Source of the DNA: an uncultured Alphaproteobacteria bacterium
Lineage (GTDB): Bacteria; Pseudomonadota; Alphaproteobacteria; HIMB59; GCA-002718135
Direction: 5' to 3'
DNA length: 64,000 nucleotides
NCBI GenBank assembly: GCA_902597015.1
Contig: CACJWQ010000006.1
Coordinates: 3,513-67,512 of the forward strand
The notes beneath the pieces were generated by a model. That model ran no database searches, was not told the origin of the DNA, and saw nothing but the letters and a program-made list of their open reading frames with translations. Positions 59,348-64,000 of the stretch are shown here, piece after piece; position 1 is the stretch's first letter; each line of letters opens with the position of its first letter. The translations under genes and the position numbers were made by a program.

Positions 59348-60007
59348 ATGAGTGAAACATTTGAAATTGCAAGAAAAAATATGGTTGTTAATCAGTTAAG
59401 ACCAAACAAAATTAATGAAGAAAATATCTTACAAATATTTGAAAATACTCCTAAAGAAAATTATTTGGATGTCAGCTTAGGTAAGAGTTGTTACCTAGAT
59501 AATAATTTAGATATAATTGAGAAAAGAGGATATCTTAAAAATTTACACCTAGCTCAAATTATAAAATATTCGAAAATTTTACCTAATGATAAAGTGTTGC
59601 ATATAGGTGGCTTAACGGGCTACTTTTCTGCTTTAATTAGCTCACTATGTAAAGAACTTCATGTTGTAGAAGAAAATAGAGAACTATTTAAATTATTAGA
59701 ACATAATATTAACAATACTGATAATACTAATATTAGTTTATTTAATAATAATTTATTAGATGGATTGTCTGATAAAGCTCCATTTAACTTAATTATTATT
59801 GATGGACCTATATTTAAAATAACTAATAAGTTAAAGAATCAACTAGCAATGAATGGAGGAAGGTTAATATATATTAAAAAAATATATGATAATTTGGGTA
59901 AAGCTTATAAAATTATAAGAAATGAAGATTTGTATTCATCTGAGTATTTATTTGATGTAATGTGTAGTTATCAAATTCAAGAACAACAAGAGGATTTTAA
60001 ATTTTAA
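59348..60007 (+). CDS. pcm: Protein-L-isoaspartate O-methyltransferase-like (divergent)
   Basis: ARKNMVVNQLRP, LHIGGLTGY, APFNLIIIDG, GGRL; synteny with tolC. Confidence 0.8.
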   Translation: MSETFEIARKNMVVNQLRPNKINEENILQIFENTPKENYLDVSLGKSCYLDNNLDIIEKRGYLKNLHLAQIIKYSKILPNDKVLHIGGLTGYFSALISSLCKELHVVEENRELFKLLEHNINNTDNTNISLFNNNLLDGLSDKAPFNLIIIDGPIFKITNKLKNQLAMNGGRLIYIKKIYDNLGKAYKIIRNEDLYSSEYLFDVMCSYQIQEQQEDFKF

Positions 60008-61294
60008 ATGAGATTATTTATATTTTTGTTATTACTTATTTATTCTAAATCTATATTTGCTCTATCGATTGATGATTCTGTAAAAAGTACGATTGCAAAT
60101 AATTTGAAAGTAAAAATTGCTTTTGAAAAACTGAATGAAAGCAAAGAAACTATTGAGGTAGCTATAGGCAAAAAACTTCCAACAGTTACTGGCACAATTT
60201 CTGGTACATATAGTAATAGTGATACAACATCAGCAGCTAGTGTATCAACAACACCAGAGACTTTTACAGATAAATATAAAATTAGTATTACTCAAAATTT
60301 GTATGATGGCGGTGAAAAAAGTTTAGAAATAGAAAGATCAAAAATTATTTACGAAAATGCAGTTATAAACTTTTACAAAACAGTTCAAGATTTATCGCTA
60401 ACAGCTGTAGAAGGTTATTTAACTGTAATAAATTATGAAAAATCATTAGAAGCTTCCGAAAAAAATTTTGATTCTGTTTCAAGATTTTTAGAAGAAGTAA
60501 AATTAAAATATGAATTGGGATCAGCAACCATAACTGAATTGAAAAATGCTGAGAGTGCTTTTTCAATTGCTGAAACAAATCTTTTTTCAGCTGAACAAAA
60601 CTACAAAGTCAGTTTAAAAACATTTAAATCAATTGTTGGTAAAGAAGCTATTAATTTAGAAGATTATGTAAATATAGAAGAGGATTTGAATTTTGATAAC
60701 ATACTTTCTGAAGTTTATAAGAATAATTTTAATATTTTAATTGCTAAAAATAATATTAAAATTAAAGAACTTGATCTCTCAAAAGAAAAAGGTTCTAATA
60801 GACCAACCCTAGATATAACAGCTTCCACTGAGTATTCGGATGGTTCACGATTAGATGCGGGAAGTGAAAATACCAATGCAACAATAGGGTTAACTTTAAC
60901 AATTCCTATATTTCAGCAAAACATTGACAAATCAGACATTAGAAAAATAAATTCTCAAATTTTACAATCTGAAATTGAGTTAGAGGATCTCAAAGAAAGT
61001 TTAAATATTGAGGTATCAAACTATTATAAAAACTATTTAGTTAGTAAATCAAATTTAAATACCTCTTTATTAACTATAGAGTATGCAAATACTTTTCTAG
61101 AAAGTACTCAAGAGGAATACAACCTTGGGACAAAATCTATCACTGATCTAATAGAGGCAGAAACTAATCTTTTAAACGTAAATGTTGAATATTTTAATGC
61201 AAATAAAAACTATCTGATTAATTATTTTAATTTACTAGCTTTAGATGGTTCACTGATTAAATTATTTGAGGAGTATCTTCCTAGCTATAATTAG
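60008..61294 (+). CDS. tolC: TolC-family outer membrane protein
   Basis: Signal peptide, LPTV, QNLYDGG, YELGSAT and YNLGTKS repeats. Confidence 0.88.
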   Translation: MRLFIFLLLLIYSKSIFALSIDDSVKSTIANNLKVKIAFEKLNESKETIEVAIGKKLPTVTGTISGTYSNSDTTSAASVSTTPETFTDKYKISITQNLYDGGEKSLEIERSKIIYENAVINFYKTVQDLSLTAVEGYLTVINYEKSLEASEKNFDSVSRFLEEVKLKYELGSATITELKNAESAFSIAETNLFSAEQNYKVSLKTFKSIVGKEAINLEDYVNIEEDLNFDNILSEVYKNNFNILIAKNNIKIKELDLSKEKGSNRPTLDITASTEYSDGSRLDAGSENTNATIGLTLTIPIFQQNIDKSDIRKINSQILQSEIELEDLKESLNIEVSNYYKNYLVSKSNLNTSLLTIEYANTFLESTQEEYNLGTKSITDLIEAETNLLNVNVEYFNANKNYLINYFNLLALDGSLIKLFEEYLPSYN

Positions 61295-61331
61295 AGTTTT
61301 ATTAATTTAATTAAACATTTATAATACCTAT

Positions 61332-61616
61332 ATGAATACAAAAAATTCTATCAATGAATCTCTTGAAGTCATACGAAGAGCACTTGAAGATGAAAAAAAC
61401 GATTCAAATAAACATTCTTCATCTAATATTTTAATACTTAATCAAAAGGTTAACAGTGATGGTACAATAAAATTACTGCAAAAAGATGAAGAGATAAATA
61501 GTGAAATTAATGATATCATAGACCAAAAACTTTCCTATCTTGTAGAAAATAAAATTGAAAAAATACTTGATGAAAAAATCCCAAAATTACTAAAACATTA
61601 TTTCGATTCAAAATAG
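61332..61616 (+). CDS. PopZ/DUF2497-like polar organizing protein (miniature)
   Basis: SINESLEVIRRALEDE N-terminal helix, ILDEKIPKLL C-terminus; tolC-x-valS synteny. Confidence 0.6.
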   Translation: MNTKNSINESLEVIRRALEDEKNDSNKHSSSNILILNQKVNSDGTIKLLQKDEEINSEINDIIDQKLSYLVENKIEKILDEKIPKLLKHYFDSK

Positions 61617-61621
61617 TTACG

Positions 61622-64000
61622 ATGCAGCTTGATAAATTTTTTGATTTTTTAAAAGATGAAAAAAATCTTTATTCGCAATGGGAGCAATCAAATTGTTTTA
61701 AACCACAAAAAGGAGGTGAACCTTATTCTATAATGATGCCACCACCTAATGTTACAGGCAGCTTACATATGGGGCATGCTTTAACCTTCACAATTCAAGA
61801 TATATTAATCAGATACCATAGAATGAAGGGTATGGAAGTATTGTGGCAAGCAGGGACAGATCATGCAGGAATAGCTACTCAGATGGTGGTTGAAAGAAAA
61901 TTAAGTGAGTCAAACCTAGATCGACGATCTCTAGGTAGAGAAAAGTTTATTGAAAAAGTATGGGAATGGAAAAAAGAGTCGGGTGGTCAGATAAGTAATC
62001 AATTAAGAAGACTTGGTGCTTCTGCAGATTGGTCTAGAGAAAGATTTACTATGGATGAAGGACTTTCTAATGCGGTTAAGAAAGTTTTTGTTAACTTATT
62101 TAATGATGGAATTATTTATAAAGATAAGAGATTGGTTAATTGGGACCCTAAACTTTTAACAGCTATTTCTGATCTGGAAGTAGAACAAAGAGATACTGAA
62201 GGAAGTTTATGGCATATTAAATATCCTATAGATCAAAATAATCATATCATTGTTGCCACAACAAGACCTGAGACAATGTTAGGAGATACAGCAGTTGCCG
62301 TTCATCCAGATGATGAAAAATATAAACATCTAATTGGTAAATTTTGTAACTTACCAATTTCAAATAAGAAAATACCAATCATTGCTGATGAATATGCAGA
62401 TCCTGAAAAAGGTTCTGGGGCTGTAAAAATTACACCTGCACATGACTTTAATGATTTTGAGGTAGGAAAGAGACATGATTTAGAATTTATTAATATTTTT
62501 GATGAAAATGCTAAACTGAACTCAAATGTGCCTCAAGAATTTCAAAATTTAGATCGATTTGAAGCAAGAAAATTAATTTTAAAAAAATTAGATGAAATGA
62601 ACTTATTAATTAAAGAAGAAAAACAGCAAATGGTCATACCATATGGTGATAGATCAGGTGTTGTTATTGAGCCATGGCTGACAGACCAATGGTTTTGTGA
62701 TGCAAAAAAATTATCAGTTGATCCAATATCAGCTGTTAAAGATAATAGTTCTAAATTTATTCCCAAACAATGGGAAAATACATTTTATAATTGGATGGAA
62801 AATATTCAACCGTGGTGTATTTCAAGACAGTTATGGTGGGGACATCAAATTCCTGCATGGTATGGTCCTGATAATAAATATTTTGTTAGTGAAACTCTAG
62901 AAGGGGCGCAAAATCAAGCAAAGGAATTTTATGGAAAAGATGTTGAGCTTAGACAAGATGAAGACGTTCTAGATACTTGGTTTTCTTCTGCTCTATGGAC
63001 ATTCTCTACTTTAGATTGGCCAAATAAAACGTATGAATTAGATAAATTTTATCCTGGTAACGTTTTGGTTACTGGTTTTGATATCATATTTTTTTGGGTT
63101 GCACGGATGATGATGATGGGTTCTTATTTTATGAAGGAAACTCCATTTAAAGATATTTATATTCATCCTTTAATACGTGATGAAAAAGGACAAAAAATGT
63201 CTAAATCAAAAGGAAACATAATTGATCCTTTAGAGTTATTAGATAAATATGGCGCTGATACATTAAGATTTACACTAACAGCACTATTAAATCCTGGACG
63301 AGATGTAAAATTATCTGAAAATAGAGTTAAAGGATATAAATCATTCACAAATAAAATTTGGAATGCTGGAAAATTTTTACAATTGAATAATTCAATTTTT
63401 ATAGATGATATATCAATTGATCCAATAATTTTTGATGCAAACAAATGGATAATAAAAGAATTGAATGATTTGAACACTAAACTTGATCAATTAACTAAAA
63501 AGTATTTGTTTCATGAAATAGCCAATAAAATTTATCATTTCGTATGGCATACTTATTGTGATTGGTACATTGAAATTATTAAACAAAATTTTGAAAATGA
63601 AAAATTTGCTGAAGAAATTAAAAAAGTTTCTGGATGGACATTTATTCAAGTTTTAAAGATAATACATCCCATAATGCCATTTATAAGTGAAAAATTATGG
63701 AGATCTTTAGTTGACGATAAATCATATTTAATGAACCAAGTTTTTCAAAATTATCCAACAAATAATTCTTTTAATAATTCTAAAAAAAACTTCGAAATAT
63801 TTATTGAATTCATAACATCTATAAGAAATTTGAGATCAGAACTAAATATACCCTATAAACAATTAATAAATATCTTCATAGAAGCAAAAAATGAAGAACT
63901 TAATAATTTTCTAATTGGCTATAAAAATGAAATAAGTAATTTTTTAAAAACCAAAGATATTAGTTTTGAAAAAATTCAGCCAAATAAGAATTCAGCTTTA
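61622..64000 (+). CDS. valS: Valyl-tRNA synthetase (3' end runs off the window)
   Basis: Not in the ORF track; from ATG 61622: MQLDKFFDF...PPPNVTGSLHMGHAL...WCISRQLWWGH...DTWFSS...KMSKS. Confidence 0.96.
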   Translation, partial: MQLDKFFDFLKDEKNLYSQWEQSNCFKPQKGGEPYSIMMPPPNVTGSLHMGHALTFTIQDILIRYHRMKGMEVLWQAGTDHAGIATQMVVERKLSESNLDRRSLGREKFIEKVWEWKKESGGQISNQLRRLGASADWSRERFTMDEGLSNAVKKVFVNLFNDGIIYKDKRLVNWDPKLLTAISDLEVEQRDTEGSLWHIKYPIDQNNHIIVATTRPETMLGDTAVAVHPDDEKYKHLIGKFCNLPISNKKIPIIADEYADPEKGSGAVKITPAHDFNDFEVGKRHDLEFINIFDENAKLNSNVPQEFQNLDRFEARKLILKKLDEMNLLIKEEKQQMVIPYGDRSGVVIEPWLTDQWFCDAKKLSVDPISAVKDNSSKFIPKQWENTFYNWMENIQPWCISRQLWWGHQIPAWYGPDNKYFVSETLEGAQNQAKEFYGKDVELRQDEDVLDTWFSSALWTFSTLDWPNKTYELDKFYPGNVLVTGFDIIFFWVARMMMMGSYFMKETPFKDIYIHPLIRDEKGQKMSKSKGNIIDPLELLDKYGADTLRFTLTALLNPGRDVKLSENRVKGYKSFTNKIWNAGKFLQLNNSIFIDDISIDPIIFDANKWIIKELNDLNTKLDQLTKKYLFHEIANKIYHFVWHTYCDWYIEIIKQNFENEKFAEEIKKVSGWTFIQVLKIIHPIMPFISEKLWRSLVDDKSYLMNQVFQNYPTNNSFNNSKKNFEIFIEFITSIRNLRSELNIPYKQLINIFIEAKNEELNNFLIGYKNEISNFLKTKDISFEKIQPNKNSAL

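Noticed and set aside
556-63477. Many short ORFs antisense or out of frame to long genes (e.g. 556-744, 2320-2625, 29540-30850 series, 43941-44261, 58207-58515, 62542-63477)
   Set aside because: They lie within well-supported genes, have no motifs or RBS, and are expected shadows of codon bias
1-64000. CRISPR array, rRNA, IS elements or long repeats
   Set aside because: None visible; intergenic regions are all short

Overview
Very AT-rich, densely packed chromosomal segment from a genome-streamlined marine alphaproteobacterium. A SAR11/HIMB59-like origin is suggested by gene content, gene order and the GAAC-N7-GAAC SOS box; taxonomy is inference. The first third is mostly housekeeping: partial glutaryl-CoA dehydrogenase, rpiB-glyA-nrdR-ribD-ribE-ribB(X)-ribH-nusB-thiL, K+-independent H+-PPase, bamE, rpmF-plsX-ihfA-merR, a solitary blue-tuned proteorhodopsin and rplM-rpsI-argC-hom-recJ. 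The middle holds irr, nhaD, TPP-riboswitch-led thiBP, a sugar-type ABC importer without ATPase, apt and thiolase/acyl-CoA dehydrogenase. The last third has a long putative operon gfa-iolC-iolB-iolJ-mtnP-mtnA-[class II aldolase/SDR fusion]-cupin, then tauE-metC, aapJQMP, alaX, LexA-boxed umuDC and pcm-tolC-mini popZ-valS (partial). Five tRNAs are present (Glu, Pro, Arg, Asn, Cys). No CRISPR, integrase or transposase was seen. The best candidate for an undescribed system is the mtnP-mtnA-aldolase/SDR-cupin block, which looks like a variant MTA/5'-deoxyadenosine 'DHAP shunt' with a fused aldehyde oxidoreductase, joined to the lower inositol pathway.
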